Shown here in pieces: positions 1 to 7,538 of a stretch of DNA of 64,000 bases. The translations under genes and the position numbers were made by a program. Position 1 is the stretch's first letter. Every line of letters begins with the position of its first letter. A model generated the notes under the pieces. That model was given only the letters and a program-made list of their open reading frames with translations. It was not told the DNA's origin and searched no databases. Source of the DNA: a virus (lineage: Duplodnaviria; Caudoviricetes); the IMG/VR virus record IMGVR_UViG_3300037692_000137, positions 32,001-96,000 of that record. The stretch is one strand, 5' to 3'.

Positions 1-1493
1 AAACCACCATACATTCTTAAACGTGAGGGGTCTACACCAGCGTGTAGGGCCAAACTTGTTATAAGGAAAGCCATGTCTTCACAATTATGACATATATGAC
101 CAAACTTACTTACGAACGTATGAGTATCAGCCACCATAAAGTCACGAGTATTGGTGCTGCCCATAGGTTTAACACTGTGTATGGACACTTCGCTTATACC
201 GTCGTACCCGTAGTCCTTTGCAAAATAGCTATTAGAGTTATAACTAAGTCGCCATATGGGTTTGTTGCCTAGCCCTTTATGGTCTTTTTGTAACCACATA
301 TGAATAGGTATGCCCAACTGCATTTGCAGTCTCTGTAGGTCGTAAGCTAACTTGTACGAGCTAGTTGAATAGGTCTTTTCTTTGTTAGAGTTTTCAGCAT
401 ATTTTGAGTAATGCCCATCCCCAAGAAAGTGTCCATTTATTATAGCATATAGTTTATTCGCTGGCAAGTAAAATAGTTCTTCCGGTATATTAATATCAAA
501 ACTATTGACTTTACAAAGCCTTAAATACTGCTTCAACTTTGAGCTCAAAAAATTAAGGTAGGGCACACCACTGTTATTAGTAGTAATACTATATGGTATG
601 TTATATTTATCCAAAATAGGTACTATACTTGTGGGTACATCATAACCACTTGTTCTAACGTGACTACGGTCTGTATCACCTTCAGCTAAAAAATGCCCTA
701 TAACAAAACATAAATCTTCGGTAAGCCAGGCAATGTCTTTAATTACATACGGTAGTTTTTTAACACAAGGTATTTTACGTTTCCACCACCTGCTAAGGTC
801 TATATCACATAGCTTAGTTTTCTCATAATCAGAATACTTTTGTACACGCCTAGTCCAGAAAGGGTGGTCCTCTGTCACGTCTATCCAGGTACCATTAGTA
901 AATTTCACCCTAAAAATAGGTAGATTTCCCTTCTCCCATATTTTAAGCACAGGTTTATAACAATAACTTTTTTTGTCAAAGTCATAAGATAGAACTATGT
1001 CCCCTACTTGTAAAGCACCTACTTCTTTGAGGCCATCCTTTGTCCAAATTTCCTCATAGTTAGCAATACAATCCCCGTCCTTATGTAAAAGCGTTTCAGT
1101 AGGATAGGCCCAGTACTCATTTTGGCCATAATTTAAGTCGTCAGTTTGATAAGTAATATTTTCATTTACCCATTGTTCTACCTTATACATCTTTTCTGTG
1201 TCATCGTAGGAACCCTTTGTTATTTCAGCCGCTAATTTGAACAACCTTGTGTTGGGGTACTCAAAATATTTATTGTAGTCCAAGTCTTGTTCAGCAGCTT
1301 TACCACTTACTGCACCATTAAAACGCAAAAGTGCCACATCAAGAGCTGATTTTGTGTTCATCAGGTTTTGTATAAAGGCACTCGCTGAGTTGGGATCTGT
1401 TTTAAAACTATCCCAAATGGTGGCGGATTTCCAATCATTGATTTGAGGTAGTAATTCAGATATAAAATTAGATACGCTACTGATTGAAGACAT
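1..1493 (-). CDS. Transglutaminase-like cysteine protease (BTLCP/LapG-like) containing an intein; 3' end runs off the window
   Basis: Not in the ORF track because its stop is outside the window. Manual translation from ATG 1493 (AAGGA SD): MSSISSVSNF...EYWAYPTETLLHKDGD|intein|CEDMAFLITSLALHAGVDPSRLRMYGG. YWAxPxETL..GDCED is the BTLCP-type catalytic motif. Confidence 0.8.
   Translation of the reverse strand, partial: MSSISSVSNFISELLPQINDWKSATIWDSFKTDPNSASAFIQNLMNTKSALDVALLRFNGAVSGKAAEQDLDYNKYFEYPNTRLFKLAAEITKGSYDDTEKMYKVEQWVNENITYQTDDLNYGQNEYWAYPTETLLHKDGDCIANYEEIWTKDGLKEVGALQVGDIVLSYDFDKKSYCYKPVLKIWEKGNLPIFRVKFTNGTWIDVTEDHPFWTRRVQKYSDYEKTKLCDIDLSRWWKRKIPCVKKLPYVIKDIAWLTEDLCFVIGHFLAEGDTDRSHVRTSGYDVPTSIVPILDKYNIPYSITTNNSGVPYLNFLSSKLKQYLRLCKVNSFDINIPEELFYLPANKLYAIINGHFLGDGHYSKYAENSNKEKTYSTSSYKLAYDLQRLQMQLGIPIHMWLQKDHKGLGNKPIWRLSYNSNSYFAKDYGYDGISEVSIHSVKPMGSTNTRDFMVADTHTFVSKFGHICHNCEDMAFLITSLALHAGVDPSRLRMYGG
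84..1070 (-). mobile_element. Intein (329 aa) with LAGLIDADG homing endonuclease
   Basis: Starts CIANYEEIWTKDG, block B VTEDHPFW, LAGLIDADG-like motifs VIGHFLAEGD and INGHFLGDGH, ends HTFVSKFGHICHN, followed by +1 Cys. Confidence 0.92.
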
Positions 1494-1494
1494 A

Positions 1495-1662
1495 TTAAAT
1501 CCTTACGTCTAAGATAGTTCCTTTGTTTGTAGCAGTGGAGCAGGCTTCTTTGGGGTCTTTCGAAAAAATTTTCTTAAGCTTCTTCTTATTCTTCTTCTCA
1601 GTTTTTTTAAGGTCATCTACCATCATTAAGGATGTTTTTTGCATTACCGGTGGTATGGGCAT
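1495..1662 (-). CDS. Small Lys-rich hypothetical protein (55 aa)
   Basis: Manual: GGAGG SD, MPIPPVMQKTSLMMVDDLKKTEKKNKKKLKK...; stop lies just before the next gene's start. Confidence 0.5.
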   Translation of the reverse strand: MPIPPVMQKTSLMMVDDLKKTEKKNKKKLKKIFSKDPKEACSTATNKGTILDVRI

Positions 1663-1806
1663 TGTACATCCTCCCTTTAATAAGACAAGTACGCATGGCT
1701 ATTTGAAAGGCGGACCAGTCTTTTAACATAAAAATAGTGTGTTTACAATACGAAATTTCTTTATCTATAATCATTTACCTGCCTTGTAATTAAGTAAAAT
1801 CTATAC

Positions 1807-2466
1807 TTATTTAATTTTTCGTCCTCTAACCCAACCCAAATTTTCCAACGTGTTGAGATCTTCTTTATTTATAGATCTACTCTCATGCGTATAAGGGCAG
1901 TAAACCCACACAGTGCCATAACGAGAATTAAACTGCCCTGCTTGTCCTATTGAATTTTTTCTACCAATTGTGTGCTTGGTCTCTTGTGTGTGCTTCTTAC
2001 CATAAAAACTATTTTTAGCTCCTTTATGCTTACCGGTATGGGATTTACTCATTTTATTTTTATACTTTTCCCATCTGCCCGAAGCTATTAAAATTGTCTT
2101 TAATTTATTACCACACACTAAATTTTCTTGGCCATAACCTTTTTGGCCATTTTTACCATATAAATTTAATTTTAATTCATTTATAGCGGCAATGTTTTTA
2201 TAACCACCCTCAATTAAATTATATGTAAATGGGTTTTTAACAAAGTCTTTGTTTACTAAAATTTCTTCAAGTTCTGACATATCCTCATGGTTATCAAATA
2301 CAGCTAGGATATCTTTTGTAAAATTTTGTATACCATATTTTCGTTGAGCAGCTATAAGATGCCGCCCTGAACCCATATATGTGTCATCAATATGTGTAGT
2401 TCTATGACAACCTACATAAATTTTATTATTAATGGTGTTTGTTATTTTATATACAACATAAAACAT
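1807..2466 (-). CDS. Free-standing GIY-YIG homing endonuclease (Seg-like) with NUMOD3-type DNA-binding motif
   Basis: VVYKITNTINNKIYVG..YMGSG..KYGIQNFTKDIL; NSFYGKKHTQETK. Start moved to MFYVVY (2466) because the track's 2568 start lies inside tRNA-Thr. Confidence 0.88.
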   Translation of the reverse strand: MFYVVYKITNTINNKIYVGCHRTTHIDDTYMGSGRHLIAAQRKYGIQNFTKDILAVFDNHEDMSELEEILVNKDFVKNPFTYNLIEGGYKNIAAINELKLNLYGKNGQKGYGQENLVCGNKLKTILIASGRWEKYKNKMSKSHTGKHKGAKNSFYGKKHTQETKHTIGRKNSIGQAGQFNSRYGTVWVYCPYTHESRSINKEDLNTLENLGWVRGRKIK

Positions 2467-2525
2467 ATAATAATTCCTGACACTTAAATAAAAGATTATT
2501 GTATTTGTATAAACATAATAATAAG

Positions 2526-2611
2526 TGGAGCCTAGAGAGGGATTCGAACCCCCGATGTGTTTTACCACGACAGCTTACAAAACTGCTGCTATACCCCTTA
2601 GCGATCTAGGC
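2526..2611 (-). tRNA. tRNA-Thr(UGU) with an unusual long variable arm
   Basis: Acceptor GCCTAGA/TCTAGGC, U73, encoded CCA; anticodon loop TT-TGT-AA; T-loop TTCGAAT; 16-nt variable region. Confidence 0.85.
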
Positions 2612-2639
2612 CTATATATATATTAAAGTTAGTTAAAGC

Positions 2640-2714
2640 TGGGAGCAGCGGCAGGACTCGAACCTGCATAACCAGGGATATGAGCCCTGTGAGAAGCCAT
2701 TTCTCAACGCTGCG
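2640..2714 (-). tRNA. Initiator-type tRNA-fMet(CAU)
   Basis: C1xU72 mismatch, A11-U24, anticodon stem CAGGG/CCCTG (three G-C pairs), loop CT-CAT-AT, encoded CCA. Confidence 0.88.
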
Positions 2715-2725
2715 TCACATTTTTA

Positions 2726-3028
2726 TTAGCCGTTCCTCAAAAAGAACAAATGATTAAAAAATTCAAAATTTATTTTTTGAAGATACTCAGAGGGTGATTC
2801 AATGTCAAGACCCAGCTGGTCAGCTATTACCTGAGTCATTACTTCATCCTGTAAGTACTGCTGATTAAAATTGTAAAATTCATACAAGTCTTCATCAGAT
2901 AGACTCTCCATGTGTGCCTTCCATGCCCCTTGACAGGTAACACAGACATAAGCAGAGTTGTCGTTGTTATTAATACAATTAGGGTCTGAACATTCAGGGC
3001 GAAAATCTAAATAATCTGGTGCTATCAT
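2726..3028 (-). CDS. Hypothetical protein (Cys-containing N-terminus)
   Basis: ORF track, 100 aa; SD-like GAGG upstream. Confidence 0.55.
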   Translation of the reverse strand: MIAPDYLDFRPECSDPNCINNNDNSAYVCVTCQGAWKAHMESLSDEDLYEFYNFNQQYLQDEVMTQVIADQLGLDIESPSEYLQKINFEFFNHLFFLRNG

Positions 3029-3068
3029 GTGTTAGTCCTCGGTAAGGTTATGTTTAATGCTATTAAGC

Positions 3069-3323
3069 TTATTTACCATAAGTTAACATGTTTGGTAGTA
3101 TTTCATCGTTATTAGACATTGAAACCAGTTCATCTTCTAAAACCTGTGTCCAATATGGTTTACTTCGTAAATAAGATATAGCTGCTGCATAGTCACGCCC
3201 TACCCCCAATTCTTGTGCTACTTCTTGAACTCTACCACAAAATACTCTGTGGTTATTAACAGCTGCTGCGTCTAATGTTACCAAGGACTCATTTATCGTA
3301 GGCATACTTTTAAACTCCTTCAC
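3069..3323 (-). CDS. Hypothetical protein
   Basis: ORF track, 84 aa; directly downstream of a consensus promoter. Confidence 0.55.
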   Translation of the reverse strand: MKEFKSMPTINESLVTLDAAAVNNHRVFCGRVQEVAQELGVGRDYAAAISYLRSKPYWTQVLEDELVSMSNNDEILPNMLTYGK

Positions 3324-3367
3324 TTAGTTTTTAATAATTCTTAGCCTTAATTACCAAACTGGTTAAT

Positions 3368-3396
3368 AGTATAACATACATTAACTGAGTTGTCAA
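3368..3396 (-). promoter_or_regulatory. sigma70-type promoter
   Basis: TTGACA-17nt-TATACT with extended -10 TG. Confidence 0.8.
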
Positions 3397-3399
3397 TAG

Positions 3400-3837
3400 C
3401 TACTTTATATTTAATTCAATGTCAATAGTGTTTAAATAAGATGTATACTCATCTAAACTATTTAAATTATTTAATAACTCATTATGCTTTTTACATTCTT
3501 TTATGTGTTTGTAAGTACCATCACAGCGGCAGGTTCTACCACATAGCTTACAATCGCAATAATCCACCGGATAATTACCTTCAATACCCCAGCTACCTCC
3601 GTTATAATATTCATATCTGGTTTCAGTATTTTCAAAAAGTAGCACGCGTAATCTTCTAAAAGCTACATTCTCAGGGTAATTATTAAATAGCTCATGTGAC
3701 CAGTGCGGGACTAACTCTTCTATAATAGCATTTTGTATATGGTCAGGTAAAGAGTCAAACATTTTTACTACTATATCTTTAAGCGTTGCTTGTGCAAACA
3801 ATGTTTCTTTTGTGGGTATAGCCATGATTAACCTCAA
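3400..3837 (-). CDS. Hypothetical protein with Cys cluster
   Basis: ORF track, 145 aa; CDCKLCGRTCRC. Confidence 0.6.
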   Translation of the reverse strand: MRLIMAIPTKETLFAQATLKDIVVKMFDSLPDHIQNAIIEELVPHWSHELFNNYPENVAFRRLRVLLFENTETRYEYYNGGSWGIEGNYPVDYCDCKLCGRTCRCDGTYKHIKECKKHNELLNNLNSLDEYTSYLNTIDIELNIK

Positions 3838-3841
3838 GTGT

Positions 3842-4093
3842 TTAGTAATCTACTGTGTAGCTTTCAACAAATAATATGGACCTAATTGGTATTAACATAG
3901 TATCTACTTCTATAAAAGTATTATCATTATTATGATCCGCTATTACTTCTAATGGGTTACAATTTTGATTCCTGGATCTACCTGAATTACGTGAAATAGA
4001 TAAATAAGTACATGTAGTGCCTAGTAAATCTACTTTTAACCCATTAAGTAATACTAATCTATAAGCGTACATTCCATAACTCCTTATTATCAA
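3842..4093 (-). CDS. Hypothetical protein
   Basis: ORF track, 83 aa; AAGGAG SD, overlaps upstream stop. Confidence 0.55.
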   Translation of the reverse strand: MIIRSYGMYAYRLVLLNGLKVDLLGTTCTYLSISRNSGRSRNQNCNPLEVIADHNNDNTFIEVDTMLIPIRSILFVESYTVDY

Positions 4094-4302
4094 ACTTTAA
4101 TTGGATCTGGCTCTTTTAAACCCCAACATTCTAATTCGTACTCATATAAATAGCCTATCACTTCTTCTGGCTCGTTAGGATGCTCTAATTTAATTTCTTC
4201 TAATGTTTTAGGACGGTATTCTCCAGGCTTATCCCCGTAAGCTTGTTTCATTAATGTCTCATCTCGTGCTTCACATAAACGCATAAACCAGTTTTTAATC
4301 AT
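4090..4302 (-). CDS. Hypothetical protein
   Basis: ORF track, 70 aa; AGAGG SD. Confidence 0.55.
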   Translation of the reverse strand: MIKNWFMRLCEARDETLMKQAYGDKPGEYRPKTLEEIKLEHPNEPEEVIGYLYEYELECWGLKEPDPIKV

Positions 4303-4319
4303 ATTAGCCTCTTTAAATC

Positions 4320-4426
4320 ACCCCCTCCTCCAAAGTCTGCCGTAGTCACTCGACTTCGCTCTGATATGTAATCAGAACCGGGATGTTTATCCCGCTAAGG
4401 AGAAGGGTTAAGTAAGGGGGTTGTTG
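4320..4426 (-). ncRNA. Candidate multibranch structured RNA directly 3' of tRNA-Tyr
   Basis: Closing helix CCCTTCTCC/GGAGGAGGG enclosing hairpins CGGGAT-AAAC-ATCCCG, TCTGA-TTACATA-TCAGA and AGTC-GAGT-GACT. Confidence 0.4.
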
Positions 4427-4513
4427 TGGAGAGAGGAGGATTCGAACCTCCGGGTTCAGCACAACGGCGGTGGTTTTACAGACCACTCCCTTCAACCGCT
4501 CGGGCATCTCTCC
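4427..4513 (-). tRNA. tRNA-Tyr(GUA), CCA not encoded
   Basis: GGAGAGA/TCTCTCC acceptor, loop CT-GTA-AA, long variable arm, followed by CAA. Confidence 0.92.
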
Positions 4514-4546
4514 ATTTTTATGTTTAGTAGCATAGCATAAAATTAC

Positions 4547-4834
4547 TTAGCCGTCAATAGTTTCTTTTAATATTAAAGTTTCTAATAATGGCGGCAATTG
4601 ATTAAAAGAATTTAAAACTACCTCCCCAGTAGCTACATTTTTTGTTTCTATATACGTAGAATACGTAGTACCTCTATTAGAGCCTGCGTGTTTAATTGGA
4701 ACAGAAAATGTTATTTTATCTCCAATTTTTAGATCTTTAAATAAACGGGCCTTAGTTTTACGTAGAATTTTTGCTACTACTAATATGTTGCTTTTTAATA
4801 GTATATCATTCATTTTATACTCCTTAATAAACAT
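4547..4834 (-). CDS. Hypothetical protein
   Basis: ORF track; likely true start MNDILL behind AAGGAG. Confidence 0.55.
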   Translation of the reverse strand: MFIKEYKMNDILLKSNILVVAKILRKTKARLFKDLKIGDKITFSVPIKHAGSNRGTTYSTYIETKNVATGEVVLNSFNQLPPLLETLILKETIDG

Positions 4835-4861
4835 ATTACTTTATTGTGGTATATGTTTATT

Positions 4862-4890
4862 AGTATACCATACGCTGTAATCATTGTCAA
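4862..4890 (-). promoter_or_regulatory. sigma70-type promoter
   Basis: TTGACA-17nt-TATACT with extended -10 TG. Confidence 0.8.
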
Positions 4891-4891
4891 C

Positions 4892-5395
4892 CTAAAATCT
4901 TTTTGGTATTAAATTAGGGTTGTCCGGTCTATTAGCCATTATCTCCGTAAGCTTGGTAAAAGATACGGGATAAAAATTATTGTTATCTACACCAACATCC
5001 CAACTCTTACCAATAGGCGGTAGTTTGCCATGACTGTGCCCGTAAAGATTCCAACTATTATAGTGACTCGCATTCCATACTCGTAAACTATAATGAGAAC
5101 AAACTATCTTCTGTCCTTCAATAGTACGTTCCCAAATATCACCATAGAATTTATCCTTTTTATGGTCGTGATTACCGCGAAGAAAGACGTGGCTACCATT
5201 AAGTTGTCGCACATATTTCTCACGTGGCTGAAAGCTAAAATCACCGACGTGGATAACCACATCCCCATCCTTAACTACTTCATTGTGTCTACGTATAATT
5301 TCATCATTCATTTCTTGCACATCTTTGAAAGGCCTATTTAAGTACCTAATTATGTTACTATGCCCGTAGTGGCAGTCACCGCTAAAAAAATACAT
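4892..5395 (-). CDS. Calcineurin-like metallophosphoesterase
   Basis: DCHYGH, GDFS, GNHD, SH, GHSHG motifs. Confidence 0.88.
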   Translation of the reverse strand: MYFFSGDCHYGHSNIIRYLNRPFKDVQEMNDEIIRRHNEVVKDGDVVIHVGDFSFQPREKYVRQLNGSHVFLRGNHDHKKDKFYGDIWERTIEGQKIVCSHYSLRVWNASHYNSWNLYGHSHGKLPPIGKSWDVGVDNNNFYPVSFTKLTEIMANRPDNPNLIPKRF

Positions 5396-5398
5396 AGC

Positions 5399-6034
5399 TT
5401 AATACCTCATCCATTGTTTCTTTTTTTTAGTACAATCTTTCCAACAAGTAGTATGAGAGTCACCTCTATGCATATCATCCCACGAGTTTGGTAAGTTCTT
5501 TACATTCCTACAAGCTCGCACATAGGGGTTACACCCACAACTTAGCCGGCGTTCTTGTGTTGTTTTGGGGCGCTTATAGTATTGATTAAAATGCCACCTT
5601 CTTTTTCTTGTATAAGGAACAGGCCCATTACGAAAACCTAACCATTCATACTCTTTAAACCTGTTACGTTTAGTATACTTTTTAGGCACATAATTGTCAA
5701 GATCTTTTTTTATTTTTTCTGTGTTTATTACCCTAAAATTAGCATCTAATAAGATAAGCTCTATCTTATCTTTGACATCTTTACCTAACCAACCACCAGG
5801 CTTCTCAGGAACAAAGTGGATGTAGGTGTCATTCCAGTTGTTGCCAATGTTTTGTGATAACACCGTAGCAATACTTTTTGGGCGAAAATATTCACGTAAT
5901 GTTTTTCTGTTAGGATCAAGCCATTGGCGTTTGCGGTATCTAGCTAATAAAAAGTCTGCGTAAGATTTGAACTCCTCATAGTTGTTATCCCTATCAACCA
6001 AATAAACTCTTACATCTTTATTAATTGTGTGCAT
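5399..6034 (-). CDS. Basic hypothetical protein
   Basis: ORF track, 211 aa; C-terminal LPNSWDD...CWK..KKKKQW; AAGGAG SD. Confidence 0.65.
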   Translation of the reverse strand: MHTINKDVRVYLVDRDNNYEEFKSYADFLLARYRKRQWLDPNRKTLREYFRPKSIATVLSQNIGNNWNDTYIHFVPEKPGGWLGKDVKDKIELILLDANFRVINTEKIKKDLDNYVPKKYTKRNRFKEYEWLGFRNGPVPYTRKRRWHFNQYYKRPKTTQERRLSCGCNPYVRACRNVKNLPNSWDDMHRGDSHTTCWKDCTKKKKQWMRY

Positions 6035-6115
6035 TTAGACTCTCCTTTAAGTTAAAGTTAATAAACTTAAAGGATGTCTTGTACGTAATAGTATAGTATT
6101 TTATGTTTCATAATA

Positions 6116-6352
6116 TTAATCTGTCTCTAATAGTAAATTTGTATAGTAAACTAATTCTTTTTTTACTCCGGCCATATAACAACCCTTACCATGTCTACCA
6201 TCTATACTTATTTGTACATTTGTTTTGTCACACCCTTTACAAAAAGGATATGGATTAGGGGGTTTGGTGTACCATGAGTCATACAATTTACTTTCTAATT
6301 TACGCACCCTATCTTGTAGCCTCTCGCGTGTACTCATATGGTTGGCCTTCAT
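6116..6352 (-). CDS. Hypothetical protein
   Basis: ORF track, 78 aa; AAGGAG SD; CxxC. Confidence 0.55.
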   Translation of the reverse strand: MKANHMSTRERLQDRVRKLESKLYDSWYTKPPNPYPFCKGCDKTNVQISIDGRHGKGCYMAGVKKELVYYTNLLLETD

Positions 6353-6407
6353 GTTAACTCCTTTAGCGCAGTTTATTTAACTCAAAGACAGTGTGCTTAT
6401 GAATCAA

Positions 6408-6493
6408 TGGCGGAGGAAGTAGGATTCGAACCCACGGAACTTTCGTTCAACGGTTTTCAAGACCGCCGCCTTCAACCACTCGGCCATTCCTCC
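6408..6493 (-). tRNA. tRNA-Ser(UGA)
   Basis: GGAGGAA/TTCCTCC acceptor, G73, CCA, loop CT-TGA-AA, long variable arm. Confidence 0.95.
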
Positions 6494-6500
6494 TGCTCAG

Positions 6501-6548
6501 TATAATATAGGCTACTAGAGTCTAACCCCTCTAGTAGCCTATATTATA
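6501..6548. terminator. Perfect 20-bp inverted repeat downstream of the cytochrome gene (terminator or processing stem)
   Basis: TATAATATAGGCTACTAGAG-8nt-CTCTAGTAGCCTATATTATA. Confidence 0.6.
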
Positions 6549-6575
6549 TACTTAATTACCTATTAACTTACATAA

Positions 6576-7370
6576 TTACTTTGTTGTATGGCATCTGGTA
6601 CAAGTGATATTACGTTTTGCATGTGTATCATGAAGTCCGCTATTCCAAGTTTTCCTACTGTGGCAGGTGCTACATAAGTTTTGCCACGGAGTCATAATAA
6701 AACCAGTAGGGTCAACGGTACCTGTATCCGGAGTAGGGGTAGTGCCTGTGTCCTCGTCAACTCCATCTTTTACTTCACCCGAGCCCACTTTAACGTGACA
6801 GTCCAAGCAGCCCTGATGTATAAGGTATTTCTCTTTCTTAAAACCAGGCGTTGCATGTGGATAATGACACATTTTACATGTTATAATATCCCCCTTTAGC
6901 AGTACAGCGATACCTCCTCCAGACACAATATCGTCACCACTCATTGGGTCTTTAACAAACCCCCCATTTCCGTCAGCTACTTTTCTACCATTAAATAAGA
7001 AGTCGTATTGAGCACAGATAAACTTGTCGAATGCAACCACCGAATCCTTCCCATTATGACAGCCTCTGCATACACCAACACCCTCACGCTTTACTCTCTC
7101 ACCATGATTTACTCCGTGTGCGTTGCCGGGTGATGGTAAAAACTCAGTAACAGTTGAACCTGAGTCTGGACATTCTGGACAAACGGGGTCCGGACATTCT
7201 GGACAAACTAGATCTTTGCATTCCTCGCACGGAGGACACTCCTTAACTTTCTTTTCTTGTTTATAAGACTCTCTATCGCGTTTATGCTCATCATCCTTAG
7301 CAATAGACGTACCCACCACCATAAAACTAAAACAGATTAAGATTGTTATGATACTTAACAATTTATTCAT
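6576..7370 (-). CDS. Secreted multiheme (five CxxCH) c-type cytochrome
   Basis: Sec signal MNKLLSIITILICFSFMVVGTSIA; CRGCH, CKMCH(YPH), CLDCH, CSTCH, CTRCH; six additional His; GGAGG SD. Confidence 0.9.
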   Translation of the reverse strand: MNKLLSIITILICFSFMVVGTSIAKDDEHKRDRESYKQEKKVKECPPCEECKDLVCPECPDPVCPECPDSGSTVTEFLPSPGNAHGVNHGERVKREGVGVCRGCHNGKDSVVAFDKFICAQYDFLFNGRKVADGNGGFVKDPMSGDDIVSGGGIAVLLKGDIITCKMCHYPHATPGFKKEKYLIHQGCLDCHVKVGSGEVKDGVDEDTGTTPTPDTGTVDPTGFIMTPWQNLCSTCHSRKTWNSGLHDTHAKRNITCTRCHTTK

Positions 7371-7510
7371 GCGTTCCTCCTTTGTTTTGTAATTATTTAA
7401 ATAGAGTTTATGTTGTTCCTATCCATACCAACGGTTAGTTTGTTATGAATAAGCATTAAATCCTGCTTCTAACTATAGGTAGCTTACTTAAAACGTTAAG
7501 TTACAGGTTA

Positions 7511-7538
7511 AGTATAACACATTTAAAAATATTGTCAA
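7511..7538 (-). promoter_or_regulatory. sigma70-type promoter upstream of the cytochrome gene
   Basis: TTGACA-16nt-TATACT; the -35 box overlaps the TGA stop of the radical SAM gene. Confidence 0.6.
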
